A stretch of 64,000 nt of DNA, taken from positions 30,026-94,025 of the forward strand of contig JAZJXT010000004.1 in assembly GCA_040390725.1 (NCBI GenBank). The letters are read 5' to 3'. Origin of the DNA: Patescibacteria group bacterium (lineage in GTDB: Bacteria > Patescibacteriota > Minisyncoccia > Phycocordibacterales > UBA9973). This document shows, piece by piece, positions 30,105-39,482 of the stretch; the stretch's first letter is position 1; each line of letters begins with the position of its first letter. A program made the position numbers and the translations under genes. The notes under the pieces were generated by a model. It was not told the origin of the DNA and made no database searches. It saw only the letters and a program-made list of their open reading frames with translations.

Positions 30105-31353
30105 GGTTTTAATATTATTATTGGTATTTACCATACCGATAGTTTTTTCTTATGCGCAAACAATCGACGACTTAAATACTAAAATAAATCAAAGAAATAA
30201 TGACATCTTGGCACTGGAAAAAGAAATAGCATCTTATCAAAATCAACTAGATGATATCGGCAAGCAAAAAGTTTCCTTAAATAGTTCCATACAACAACTC
30301 GACCTGACTAGAAAAAAATTATCAGCTGACATTGCAGTCACAGAAAATAAAATTGAAAATACAAATTCTAAAATTGAAGAATTAAGTTCACAAATTGGTG
30401 ACAAGGAAGAAAAAATACAAAATGACACTGAAGCTATTAAACTAGAAATCCGAAAAACAAATGAGCTAGAATTAAATTCTATCGCCGAAACAATATTATC
30501 GGAAAATGATTTTACCTCCGCGTGGAATGATATTGATAATATGGCATCAGTTCGTGAAAAAATAAGAGGTAGCATCAATGAATTACAACAAATAAAGGGT
30601 CAGTTAGAAGATAATAGAAAAGAAACTACAGACGCTCGCAATGAGCTTTTGACCTTGAAATCAACATTAAATGACCAGAAGAAAATCGTCGATCAAAATA
30701 CAAATGAGAAAAAGAAGCTCTTGGCACAGACAAAAAATAATGAAACAAATTACCAAAAATTATTAAAAGACAGGATTGCAAAAAAAGATGCTTTCGAAAA
30801 AGATTTGCGTGATTACGAATCACAATTAAAATATATTTTAGATACATCTAAACTACCCCAAGCCGGAGTATTGTCTTGGCCTCTCGATAGTATTTTAGTG
30901 ACACAGCGTTTTGGTAAAACAGAAGCGGGTAAACGTCTTTATGCTACTGGCTCACACAATGGAGTGGATTTTCGCGCATCTGTGGGTACACCAGTAAAAG
31001 CAATGGCCGATGGCATAGTATCCGGCACCGGTGATACTGACATCCAATGTCCGGGAGTTTCATTCGGGCGCTTTGTGCTTATTAAGTATAACAACGGCTT
31101 AGCTAGTACTTATGGACATCTTTCTTTAATTAAAGTAAGTATCGGGCAAAAAGTCGCAAGGGGAGAAGTCGTAGGTTATAGTGGCAACACTGGATATTCT
31201 ACCGGCCCTCATTTACATGTGTCAGTTTATGCTCGTGATGCCGTAGACTTAAAGACATTACCAAGCAAGTCATGCCCGGGGCATGTATTAACCCAGCCAA
31301 TATCACCGATTAATGCTTATCTTGACCCATTATATTATTTACCTCATTTATAA
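30070..31353 (+). CDS. Coiled-coil M23 peptidase (EnvC/MepM-like)
   Basis: Signal/TM segment, long coiled coil, HNGVD, YGHL, STGPHLH. Confidence 0.9.
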   Translation: MKLYHAYKKQFRVLILLLVFTIPIVFSYAQTIDDLNTKINQRNNDILALEKEIASYQNQLDDIGKQKVSLNSSIQQLDLTRKKLSADIAVTENKIENTNSKIEELSSQIGDKEEKIQNDTEAIKLEIRKTNELELNSIAETILSENDFTSAWNDIDNMASVREKIRGSINELQQIKGQLEDNRKETTDARNELLTLKSTLNDQKKIVDQNTNEKKKLLAQTKNNETNYQKLLKDRIAKKDAFEKDLRDYESQLKYILDTSKLPQAGVLSWPLDSILVTQRFGKTEAGKRLYATGSHNGVDFRASVGTPVKAMADGIVSGTGDTDIQCPGVSFGRFVLIKYNNGLASTYGHLSLIKVSIGQKVARGEVVGYSGNTGYSTGPHLHVSVYARDAVDLKTLPSKSCPGHVLTQPISPINAYLDPLYYLPHL

Positions 31354-31428
31354 AAACAAAAAGAAATTAACATCTTGGACGTTTTGAGCCTTGCGCTGAT
31401 TTTATACTTTATGGTAAAATTACTTGTA

Positions 31429-31581
31429 ATGTTAAAAGAAAAAAAATTAGAAAATAAAGAGGGGGGATTTTTACAATTAATTCTTTTTATAGTAGCGGTG
31501 ATTCTCATATTATGGTATTTTCATTTAACTGTGCATGACATTTATAATTGGTTCATAACGATGTTCAATAATGTTTGGTAA
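31429..31581 (+). CDS. Small membrane peptide, prepilin-like N-terminus
   Basis: KKLENKEGG-FLQLILFIVAVILILWYF. Confidence 0.5.
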   Translation: MLKEKKLENKEGGFLQLILFIVAVILILWYFHLTVHDIYNWFITMFNNVW

Positions 31582-31960
31582 AAATACAAAAAAAGAAGCG
31601 GGGAGTTTGAGTATTTTAGGAATAGTATCCTTGCTGATTATTTTAATTGTCATTTTAAGTTACTTTAATATAAACCTTAAATCTGTCGTTGAAGACACTA
31701 CGAACACTTCAAGCGTAAAAAGTGTCGTACAAAGTCCTCAAACAGCCGATAATGTAAACTACGTGACCAGCACCATTCAAAATTTCTGGAATGATTTATG
31801 GGATAATTATCTAAGCGTACCTTTTACAAATTTTTATAATAATTTCTGGTTACCTTATATCTGGAATCCTTTTTGGGACAACATGAAAAGAATACAGAAC
31901 GGCCAACCGACTGATATTCAGAATGCAGCTCCCACGGTATACTTTGGCAATAATCCATAA
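31571..31960 (+). CDS. Membrane-anchored hypothetical protein, prepilin-like N-terminus
   Basis: KNTKKEAG-SLSILGIVSLLIILIVILSYF; Trp/Asn-rich C-terminus. Confidence 0.65.
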   Translation: MFGKNTKKEAGSLSILGIVSLLIILIVILSYFNINLKSVVEDTTNTSSVKSVVQSPQTADNVNYVTSTIQNFWNDLWDNYLSVPFTNFYNNFWLPYIWNPFWDNMKRIQNGQPTDIQNAAPTVYFGNNP

Positions 31961-31975
31961 TAACAATATACGTAC

Positions 31976-32003
31976 CCTACCGAAAACATATATTGTGCGA
32001 CAC
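31976..32003. other. Candidate dif (Xer recombination) site
   Basis: CCTACCGAAAA-CATATA-TTGTGCGACAC (11-6-11 layout) in the gap where + and - gene blocks converge. Confidence 0.4.
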
Positions 32004-32052
32004 TGTATTATCTTAATTCCCCAATAAAATAGAGCTTTTAAAAAAGTAAATA

Positions 32053-32508
32053 TCAACACGAACTAGAGAGCGTATACCCTGCACGTTCTGCTTCTTCTTT
32101 TGTTTGGAAATAAATTTTGTTTTCTTCTTTGAGGTTATTGCCGGAAGTACAACCATTTGTATAATATTTGTGCCCTCTTTTTGAGGCAAAAAAATTACCA
32201 GATTTTGCACTAATATCTGTATCTTTTTGAGTTGATTTTATGGTGCTTAATACCCTTTTCGAGCCTATATTAGCCTCATTTAATCCATTTATAGCTGATT
32301 CTTGGCCCATTAAAGCATTTGCAGGCATAGTTAGGTGTGTTGAGCTTAAATCAGCCACAGATGTATTCTTAGACATTCTACCTAGCCCAAACGAGCTTAA
32401 ACCTACTAGAATAACGATTATAACCGTCAAAATATCTTTCCCCTTTTCAGTTCCGATAAAATACTTGATTTTTTCTATGTAATCGTTTATACTCATATCT
32501 GTATTCAT
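32053..32508 (-). CDS. Membrane protein with C-terminal Ada-like metal-binding domain
   Basis: TM helix; FASKRGHKYY...C......I.F....EAERAGY....C. Confidence 0.7.
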   Translation of the reverse strand: MNTDMSINDYIEKIKYFIGTEKGKDILTVIIVILVGLSSFGLGRMSKNTSVADLSSTHLTMPANALMGQESAINGLNEANIGSKRVLSTIKSTQKDTDISAKSGNFFASKRGHKYYTNGCTSGNNLKEENKIYFQTKEEAERAGYTLSSSC

Positions 32509-32576
32509 TATTATATTATATTTAAGTATTTAGTCATAGTTTCTACCAACTAGAACCTAGCAACTAACCCAAATTT

Positions 32577-32852
32577 ATGGCACATAGAAAAGCCGGCGGA
32601 ACCGCCAAAAACCTGCGAGATTCAAATCCAAAGTACCTAGGTACTAAACTTTCTGATGGCCAAAAGGCTCAAGCAGGCTCTGTTATCATTCGTCAAAGAG
32701 GCACAGCTATTATGGCCGGTGTAAACGTAGGTATCGGTAAAGACCACACCCTATTTGCCTTAAAGCCAGGCACTGTAAAATTCGGCACAAAGCGCAAAAC
32801 TTCTTTTAACGGCAAAACCGCAGTCAAAAAAATGGTGAGTGTGATTGCGTAA
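32577..32852 (+). CDS. rpmA: 50S ribosomal protein L27
   Basis: [25 protein letters not shown]. Confidence 0.97.
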   Translation: MAHRKAGGTAKNLRDSNPKYLGTKLSDGQKAQAGSVIIRQRGTAIMAGVNVGIGKDHTLFALKPGTVKFGTKRKTSFNGKTAVKKMVSVIA

Positions 32853-32872
32853 CAACTAGTTTTAAATAAAAT

Positions 32873-32911
32873 AAAAAAAAGGGAGCAAACTTTGTTGTTT
32901 GTTCCCTTTTT
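32873..32911. terminator. Bidirectional intrinsic terminator
   Basis: A-tract, GGGAGCAAAC..GTTTGTTCCC, T-tract between convergent genes. Confidence 0.75.
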
Positions 32912-32921
32912 GATTTTTTGG

Positions 32922-33101
32922 TTAGTGGCTTTTTCCACATCCATTATCGTGCATTCCATATGGATCAAGCTTTGTTTCTTCTTGTTTGAAGCAAAATTTG
33001 CAATATGGTTTTGCTACTAGTCTGGACTTATCCAAACTTTCCTCTTGTCTTGGGTAAACCCATTCGTGTTTACCTGTCGATGATTTTTTACACTCTTTCA
33101 T
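32922..33101 (-). CDS. Small putative zinc-binding protein
   Basis: MKEC..S.TGKHEW...YCKFC (C/H ligand pattern). Confidence 0.5.
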   Translation of the reverse strand: MKECKKSSTGKHEWVYPRQEESLDKSRLVAKPYCKFCFKQEETKLDPYGMHDNGCGKSH

Positions 33102-33149
33102 TTCGAAGAACAATTTTATACATGCGCCTGTTTTGGGACATAAACGCAA

Positions 33150-33177
33150 AACCCCTTCTCAAACTTGAGAAGGGGTT
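33150..33177 (-). terminator. Hairpin terminator downstream of TrpR-like gene
   Basis: AACCCCTTCTCAA-AC-TTGAGAAGGGGTT. Confidence 0.65.
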
Positions 33178-33228
33178 AATTTTATATTTTAGTTAAGATT
33201 TTCTTTTTTGTGTTTTTAAAATAGAATA

Positions 33229-33570
33229 TCAAACCAATCCCTTTCCAAGTTTAAGTTGAGAATGGTTATGATGATGCAAATTATTTATTACGGAACGATA
33301 TCCGCCGAAAATTCCTTTCAGGGCTTTTGAGACTCGAGCTATCGTCGTCGAGCTTAATCCTGTTTTTTCTATGATTGCATTGTATTGAACATCTTGCGAA
33401 AGCATTCGTGCAGCTAAAAAGCGATTGGAGAATTCCTCGATTTCTTGTTTGGTTAAAAGGTCACACAAAAAACGCTCGGCTTCGTCTTTATCTTTCAAAG
33501 ATAAAATAGCCTCTACCAGTTCCCTCTTTTCTTTTGTATTCCAATTCACTTGTGTTTCTTTGTCTGACAT
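33229..33570 (-). CDS. TrpR-like (YerC/YecD family) repressor
   Basis: FLCDLLT.QEI..FSNR, Y..I...TGLSSTTIARV...L. Confidence 0.9.
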   Translation of the reverse strand: MSDKETQVNWNTKEKRELVEAILSLKDKDEAERFLCDLLTKQEIEEFSNRFLAARMLSQDVQYNAIIEKTGLSSTTIARVSKALKGIFGGYRSVINNLHHHNHSQLKLGKGLV

Positions 33571-33575
33571 AAGGC

Positions 33576-33613
33576 TACTTTAGCAAAGTAAAGTTCTTTA
33601 GTCAAGTAAAGTA
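33576..33613 (-). promoter_or_regulatory. Tandem palindromic operator overlapping the promoter of the TrpR-like gene
   Basis: TACTTTAGCAAAGTAAAGTT and TTCTTTAGTCAAGTAAAGTA; minus strand reads TTGACT-17-TAAAGT-6-ATG. Confidence 0.75.
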
Positions 33614-33657
33614 GATAAGTAAGCTGTGGATAACTCGAAATACCCTTTATTTACAAT

Positions 33658-33686
33658 AAAAAAAAATCCCTTCAGGTGAAGGGATT
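33658..33686 (-). terminator. Intrinsic terminator
   Basis: AATCCCTTCA-GG-TGAAGGGATT with T-tract on the minus strand. Confidence 0.75.
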
Positions 33687-33720
33687 AGGGGGGGTCAGTC
33701 TCTTATTGTTTAAGAAAATT

Positions 33721-34116
33721 TTATTTCCTTGATAATTCATGTAACTTTTTAAATAATAAATCATAGGAATTTTCTTTTTTTTGATTTAGCACGAAATCAA
33801 ACTTCTTATCTTCTCCTTCTTCCAGGTATTCCGGTGAAAATGCATACAAAATAATATAACAGGCCGGATTTTTTTTCTTGGCATCTTTAACAAGACGCAG
33901 TACTGCTCCCGTTTTATTGGGTCCAATATTTTCACCGGGTAATACTGCCTCAGTAACTATTACGCAATGTCCATGCTGAGGAATTAATGAAAGAACTTTA
34001 TTTTCATGTTGAGCATAATGTACATCAAATAAAAGTCTACTTGACTGGACACGCTCTTCAATTGCCGAAAAATTTAATTTCGACTCATTGCATAGAATTA
34101 AGGTTTTATTAGGCAT
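33721..34116 (-). CDS. Hypothetical protein, possibly a degenerate receiver (CheY-like) fold
   Basis: Alternating beta/alpha pattern (TLILC, VIVTE, YIILYA, FVLNQK); promoter TTGACA-17-TAAACT at 34196-34168. Confidence 0.55.
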   Translation of the reverse strand: MPNKTLILCNESKLNFSAIEERVQSSRLLFDVHYAQHENKVLSLIPQHGHCVIVTEAVLPGENIGPNKTGAVLRLVKDAKKKNPACYIILYAFSPEYLEEGEDKKFDFVLNQKKENSYDLLFKKLHELSRK

Positions 34117-34202
34117 AACTAAAGTGGTTTAATGTGAATTGAATTAGAAAAAACTAAACTTTTTCATAGTTTAGCGTATATTTTTAAGTCTGTCAATTTA
34201 AT

Positions 34203-34646
34203 TTATGCCTTCTCAACAACTAGCTTAAATGAAGTTTTGTGACCTTTAATTTGAATAGGGATTTCATATTCCCCTGTTTCTTTTATGGGCTTTTCTAAAA
34301 CAACAAAGCTCTCCCCTATTTCGGCTTTGTGCTGAGTTTTTAATGCATCTATTATTTCTTTTTTGTGAACTGCAGAAAAGAGGCTCCCCTTTTCATTTGC
34401 CTTGCCAGAAATTTTTACAATTTTATTTTTTATTTCAGATAAATTCTTTAATAGTAAATCTTCTTGGATTTTATTTGTCATTACTATTTCTTGTTTGCGT
34501 CTTTCTAGATTTGCCACAGCCGATGCCGTAGCCATCTCTGCTAATTTCTTTGGAAAAAGAAAATTTGCGGCGTAACCGTCGTTTACTTCTTTTATATCAT
34601 GCCTCTTCCCTACTCTCGGTACATCTTTTAAGAATATTACTTTCAT
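34203..34646 (-). CDS. rplI: 50S ribosomal protein L9
   Basis: MKVIFLKDV..VGK, V.DGYA.NFL.P. Confidence 0.96.
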   Translation of the reverse strand: MKVIFLKDVPRVGKRHDIKEVNDGYAANFLFPKKLAEMATASAVANLERRKQEIVMTNKIQEDLLLKNLSEIKNKIVKISGKANEKGSLFSAVHKKEIIDALKTQHKAEIGESFVVLEKPIKETGEYEIPIQIKGHKTSFKLVVEKA

Positions 34647-34665
34647 ATAAATTAGGTCCTAGGGA

Positions 34666-35889
34666 CTAGTGATTAGGTTCTAGTAATAATTGCACCGCTT
34701 TATCCATTTGTGGATCTTTTTTAGCATCAGAATCTTTTTGAGTAAACTCAACTTTATAATCAGGAGTTAGACCTTTTTCAGAAATAGAATTACCATTTGG
34801 TGTGAGCCACTTTGCAATAGTAATTTTTAAAATTGTATCGGGAGTAATATCTACAACTTCTTGTACGGAACCTTTGCCATAGCTTTGTTCACCTACGAGT
34901 TTTGCTTTTTTATAATCCTGCATTGCGCCGGCAAAAATTTCTGAAGCGGAAGCTGAGCCACCGTCAATTAAAATAATAAATTTTAATTTATCAGTGAATA
35001 CGTCATAACCGGCACTCCTGTGACTTTTCGGCTTATCTTTGCCTCCATAATCTTCGGTAACTATAGTTTTACCGGATGGCAAGAACCAGCTCGCCATATC
35101 CACAGCTGCATCTAAATATCCTCCAGGATTGCCTCGTAAATCAAGAATTAATTTATCACTTCCGGAATCTGCAAATTTATTCACGGCATCTCTGAAAAGA
35201 TTTGCTGAATTTGCGGAGAAGCTATACAGCTTAATTACAAAAATTCCATCTTTACGTGTTTCAGTATCGAGAGTCGGCACATTAATAACATCACGCACAA
35301 CTTTTATTTCTCTAGGAGTTTTTTCACCATCTCGGAAAATAGTCAGAGTAACGGTCGTACCTTTTTCACCGCGAATAAGTTTTATTGCTTTTTCTATACT
35401 CAAATCTGAAGTAATTTTCCCATCAATTTTCAAAATCTTATCGCCTGATTTAATGCCTGCATTATATCCAGGCGTATCTTTGAGTGGAGCAACTACTGTT
35501 AAAATTTTATCTTTTATACCTACCTCTACCCCTATTCCTGTGAAATTACCAGCAATATCACCTTCAAATACCTTTGCCTCGTCCGGACTAAAAAAGACGC
35601 TGTATGGGTCATTTAATGAGCCCACAAGCCCTGAAATAGCACCGTAAACCTTGCTCTGATCGTTTAATTTGCTAGCATCCGGTGATTTTTCATTTATAAC
35701 ATTCCAAGCCTTCCAAAATGGAGAAAAATCCGCTTGCGCTGTAACTGTACTAGGAACTTCTTTGCCTATGAGTGCTATCCTGTCTACATAAGGACGATTA
35801 TGAAATCCAATATAAACACCAAAGCCAAAAAAAATAGCGAGAAGTAAAATAATTCCTGAAGTTCTTCTTGTTTTAAAATATTCAAGCAT
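34666..35889 (-). CDS. ctpA: S41 C-terminal processing protease
   Basis: DPYS, PDZ GIGV, LDLRGNPGG, SASASE, GKGSVQ. Confidence 0.93.
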   Translation of the reverse strand: MLEYFKTRRTSGIILLLAIFFGFGVYIGFHNRPYVDRIALIGKEVPSTVTAQADFSPFWKAWNVINEKSPDASKLNDQSKVYGAISGLVGSLNDPYSVFFSPDEAKVFEGDIAGNFTGIGVEVGIKDKILTVVAPLKDTPGYNAGIKSGDKILKIDGKITSDLSIEKAIKLIRGEKGTTVTLTIFRDGEKTPREIKVVRDVINVPTLDTETRKDGIFVIKLYSFSANSANLFRDAVNKFADSGSDKLILDLRGNPGGYLDAAVDMASWFLPSGKTIVTEDYGGKDKPKSHRSAGYDVFTDKLKFIILIDGGSASASEIFAGAMQDYKKAKLVGEQSYGKGSVQEVVDITPDTILKITIAKWLTPNGNSISEKGLTPDYKVEFTQKDSDAKKDPQMDKAVQLLLEPNH

Positions 35890-35915
35890 ATATAAATGTT
35901 AGTATAGCACTTTTT

Positions 35916-37211
35916 TTATTGTGGCAAAAGAGCATCTTCGGTATAAGTATTTTCCGGATCCCAAAGCATCCAAGAATTCAATCCGGCATCATCTACGGCT
36001 TTTATTTGAGCTCGAACCATTTCCGGAGTGTACTGCGCACCCAAATTAAAATCTTGCAACCAGGGTCGTAGTTTTAGTGAATCAATGCCTGCTGTCTTTA
36101 ATCTTTCAACTGCTTTTTTCATAGAAAAATTTACAATTTCATAAGGCTTTGTCGCAGGATTTTTATATCCATAAGTGTCAGAAGCAAAATGTGAAGGATA
36201 ATCCATCGGCGCCACATAATCAAAATAAGTAGATACTGGAATTAACATTTGCCCGATGCCTAAGTCATTGTCTTCGGTGGTGGCGAGCCCAAAAATATCT
36301 GCAGATATTTTTGGGCGTAAAGTTACTTCATTATTTACCCCCGCAAAACTATCATGCAAGTATGTAAAAAAACTTTTCATAACTTCTGCGCGAATTTTTC
36401 CATTTGAAACAGGATAATAAATATCTTTCAAATCTCCATCTGCAGGATATCGAATATAGTCAAAATTTAATTCATCAAAACCATCCATATAGGCTTCATG
36501 ACCAATGGCTACAACGTAATCCCAAACTTCTTTTGTTCCAGCATCAAGCCAATAAGTGCACAGCTTTTCTTGATGTCTCCTTATGGCTCTTTTACATTTA
36601 TCATCAGCCCATAATGCAGTTTTATCTGAACGTTTTTTTACAGCAAACTCACTATATTTCTTTGCAAAATACGGATCCTGAAAAGTAGCAATACGTCCGA
36701 TAACATAAATATTATTTTTATGAAGTTCATCTATAAAACTTTTTATATCTTTAACTCTTTTTTCAACAGAACCCATTTTTATAAGTTCCGGATTTGAAAC
36801 TGAAAAAGAAATATGCCCGGTGGAATCCTTCACATCTATCACAACAGCATTTAGCTCTGTACGTTTTATCATATCAAAAATTTTATTTCTAAAAGATAAA
36901 TTCCCTGCCACCCAACTAGACATATATACAGCTTTAACGGGAGAAGGAGTATCAATGTGTGTGACGACTACGGCATCTTCGGGATTTACTTTTACTGTCG
37001 TAGTAGTATTTACACTAATGGCATTTTCCGGAGTACTTACAGCCTGGGGTAATTCATTGTTAGGCAAAATAGATTCATGATTTGACTGACCTAATTTTGC
37101 ATTATATTTGAAGTTATAAATTTCCGGTATAATAAAATAAGCCAGAACCACAAGCAAAAAACCTGCGAGAAATATCAGGAAAATTCTTTTTTTCTTAATT
37201 ATTTTCTTCAT
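35916..37211 (-). CDS. Putative glycoside hydrolase (DUF4015-like)
   Basis: TM anchor; NAVVIDVKD, GRIATFQD, GFDELNFDYIRYP, PMDYPSHF, RPWLQDF. Confidence 0.8.
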   Translation of the reverse strand: MKKIIKKKRIFLIFLAGFLLVVLAYFIIPEIYNFKYNAKLGQSNHESILPNNELPQAVSTPENAISVNTTTTVKVNPEDAVVVTHIDTPSPVKAVYMSSWVAGNLSFRNKIFDMIKRTELNAVVIDVKDSTGHISFSVSNPELIKMGSVEKRVKDIKSFIDELHKNNIYVIGRIATFQDPYFAKKYSEFAVKKRSDKTALWADDKCKRAIRRHQEKLCTYWLDAGTKEVWDYVVAIGHEAYMDGFDELNFDYIRYPADGDLKDIYYPVSNGKIRAEVMKSFFTYLHDSFAGVNNEVTLRPKISADIFGLATTEDNDLGIGQMLIPVSTYFDYVAPMDYPSHFASDTYGYKNPATKPYEIVNFSMKKAVERLKTAGIDSLKLRPWLQDFNLGAQYTPEMVRAQIKAVDDAGLNSWMLWDPENTYTEDALLPQ

Positions 37212-37422
37212 TAAAATTTCTATTTTCTGAAAAAGTATCAAAAACTTTCTTTTTAGATGCTCCTATTTTTATTTGAAATTCTTTATACAAAACATAAGAA
37301 AAACAAACCAGACAAAAGCCGGTCAAAGTAAATAGAACATTTTTCCATGATTCAGGAAAACCTAAATAAGGCAGTATTACCACCCATATACCTAAAACTA
37401 AAAGTATTCTCGCTCGTTGCAT
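37195..37422 (-). CDS. Small two-TM membrane protein
   Basis: LGIWVVILPYLGFP.SWK; TATAAT 6 nt before ATG. Confidence 0.7.
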   Translation of the reverse strand: MQRARILLVLGIWVVILPYLGFPESWKNVLFTLTGFCLVCFSYVLYKEFQIKIGASKKKVFDTFSENRNFNEENN

Positions 37423-37462
37423 TCAGCCATTATAACAGAAAAGCTTTTCAAAATGCAACAAA

Positions 37463-39163
37463 TTATTCTACCTTAAAATACTCAGGGGTATTTATAGACA
37501 TCCAGTCCAATAGTTCACGCATTATGTATGGTGCGCCGACGCCATTGGTCGAAGGACCCGCCTCCATCATTATAGTAAAAGCATATTTTGGATTTTGATA
37601 CGGGAAAAAACCCATGACCCAAGAGTTCACTTTATTTTTGGCGAGCCCGAGCTGGGCGGTACCGGTCTTTGAAGCGACTTGAACATAAGGCACATTTAGA
37701 GCGACAGATGTACCTTCCAAGACTCCGCGACGCATTCCCTCTTGCACTACATTAAAATATTCCTGTTTCAAATCTATTTTTGAAACTTGCAACTCTTTTG
37801 CAGTATCACCTGAAATAAAATGTGGCATAACTAACGTACCCCTATTGGCAATCACGGAAACTGCTCGCACCATCTGAAGAGGAGTGACCTGGAAACCATA
37901 CTGTCCGATGGCCGTGTGATATGTGTCTCCGATGCGCCAATCATCTCCTTTAAATTTAGTTGCTTTCCATTCCGGGCTCGGTATCGTGCCCCCTGCTTCG
38001 TCCGGCAGATCAACTCCTGTTTTTTCTCCAATGCCAAAAAGTTTCGCATATTTTTCTATATTTAATATGCCCAACCCTTTTTGCCCCTGGAATCCTCCGC
38101 CTATTTCATAAAAATAAACGTCTGAAGACACAGCTATGGCTTGCCTCATGTCCACCCAACCGTGTGCTTTCCAATCTTTAAAAACTGTTTTTTGATCAGG
38201 AAAATATGGATTCGGAATTGAAATAGATCCAGTTGAAAGTATTTTAGTTAATGGATCAATCACTCCTTCGTTCAAAGCACCTAATGCAAAAAATGGCTTC
38301 ACGATAGATCCCGGCGTATAAAGACCGGAAAGAGTTCTATCCATAAAAACTTTTCTTTTGTCAGTAAAATATCCTTTTATTTTTTGACTATCTTTTCCTT
38401 GTGAAAGAATTTCTGAATCATACTCCGGGAAACTCACCGAAGATATCACTTCACCCGTCCTAACATCGATGATAACACCGGCCCCACCCTTGAAAGAATT
38501 ACTATCTGAAAGTTGTTGAATTAAATTAAATAATTGCATTTGAATGCGTGAATCCACAGTAGTCACCAGGTCTTCCCCGCGCTTTGGAGCATTTACCACA
38601 TTTTCTGATTGGATTTTTTTATGAGCATCAGTCTCTACTATTTTTAAACCATTTTGACCTTTTATTTTATCACCATATTCTTTTTCTAAACCATCCTTGC
38701 CGATGAATTCCCCTTGCCAATAATTTCCTGTTTTATCCTTGGCAGGATAACTAACGTAACCCAGCAAGTGTGAGAGCCCCGGAGTCAGATACGAGCGAAC
38801 AGAAAAATCTTGCCCCTCTTCTTTTTTATTCCAAGCCAATTCTTTTTTATTTCTATCATAGATAATACCTCTATCAGCGAAAATAATTTGTTTATTCAAA
38901 GTATTATTCTGGCTGCGCACATAATTCGTCTCGCCATGAGCTATTTGCAAATAGCCGAGCCTGGCACCAAATATTCCAAAAATAAAAACAAAAAAAGTTC
39001 CTAAGAATAAAATAGTTTTCTTTGTAATTGGTTTTTCGATTCTCCCTTCAAATTGCTGACTATCGAAATTCTGCAAATTTTTTGAATCCAGAAAAATCTC
39101 ATCCGGCTCTACGAAAAAGTGTGCATTTTTTATTTTATTTTTTCTCAATATTTTTCTAATCAT
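37463..39163 (-). CDS. mrdA: Penicillin-binding protein 2 (class B)
   Basis: RGII.DR, PGSIVK (SxxK), SSD.YFY, KTGTAQ. Confidence 0.9.
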   Translation of the reverse strand: MIRKILRKNKIKNAHFFVEPDEIFLDSKNLQNFDSQQFEGRIEKPITKKTILFLGTFFVFIFGIFGARLGYLQIAHGETNYVRSQNNTLNKQIIFADRGIIYDRNKKELAWNKKEEGQDFSVRSYLTPGLSHLLGYVSYPAKDKTGNYWQGEFIGKDGLEKEYGDKIKGQNGLKIVETDAHKKIQSENVVNAPKRGEDLVTTVDSRIQMQLFNLIQQLSDSNSFKGGAGVIIDVRTGEVISSVSFPEYDSEILSQGKDSQKIKGYFTDKRKVFMDRTLSGLYTPGSIVKPFFALGALNEGVIDPLTKILSTGSISIPNPYFPDQKTVFKDWKAHGWVDMRQAIAVSSDVYFYEIGGGFQGQKGLGILNIEKYAKLFGIGEKTGVDLPDEAGGTIPSPEWKATKFKGDDWRIGDTYHTAIGQYGFQVTPLQMVRAVSVIANRGTLVMPHFISGDTAKELQVSKIDLKQEYFNVVQEGMRRGVLEGTSVALNVPYVQVASKTGTAQLGLAKNKVNSWVMGFFPYQNPKYAFTIMMEAGPSTNGVGAPYIMRELLDWMSINTPEYFKVE

Positions 39164-39447
39164 AGATTATTTTGCTCCGGATAAAACTTAAGCTTCTTTT
39201 TCATGAATTCTATCAATACAAAAACCAAAATGGACGCGATAAAAATTATAAATAAAACATTTGAAAATCTAGCTTCTCTCACTCCATAAAGCAAGTCTGG
39301 CAATAACAATAAGCCCACACCTTCAATAAAAAATGAAAAATAAACCATGCAAATAAAGGCCAAAATAGAAGACACCCAAAAAGGCATAAATAATACTGAA
39401 AATAATAAAACACAAAAAGCTATAATTCTTAAAAATCTCTTCCCCAT
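39160..39447 (-). CDS. Small membrane protein upstream of mrdA
   Basis: Hydrophobic 95-aa ORF overlapping the mrdA start. Confidence 0.65.
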   Translation of the reverse strand: MGKRFLRIIAFCVLLFSVLFMPFWVSSILAFICMVYFSFFIEGVGLLLLPDLLYGVREARFSNVLFIIFIASILVFVLIEFMKKKLKFYPEQNNL

Positions 39448-39482
39448 AACACCATATTACACCCTATATGAAAAAATACAAA

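Noticed and set aside
33625-33633. oriC based on a perfect DnaA box
   Set aside because: Single box, no cluster or dnaA nearby, and gene orientation converges here rather than diverging
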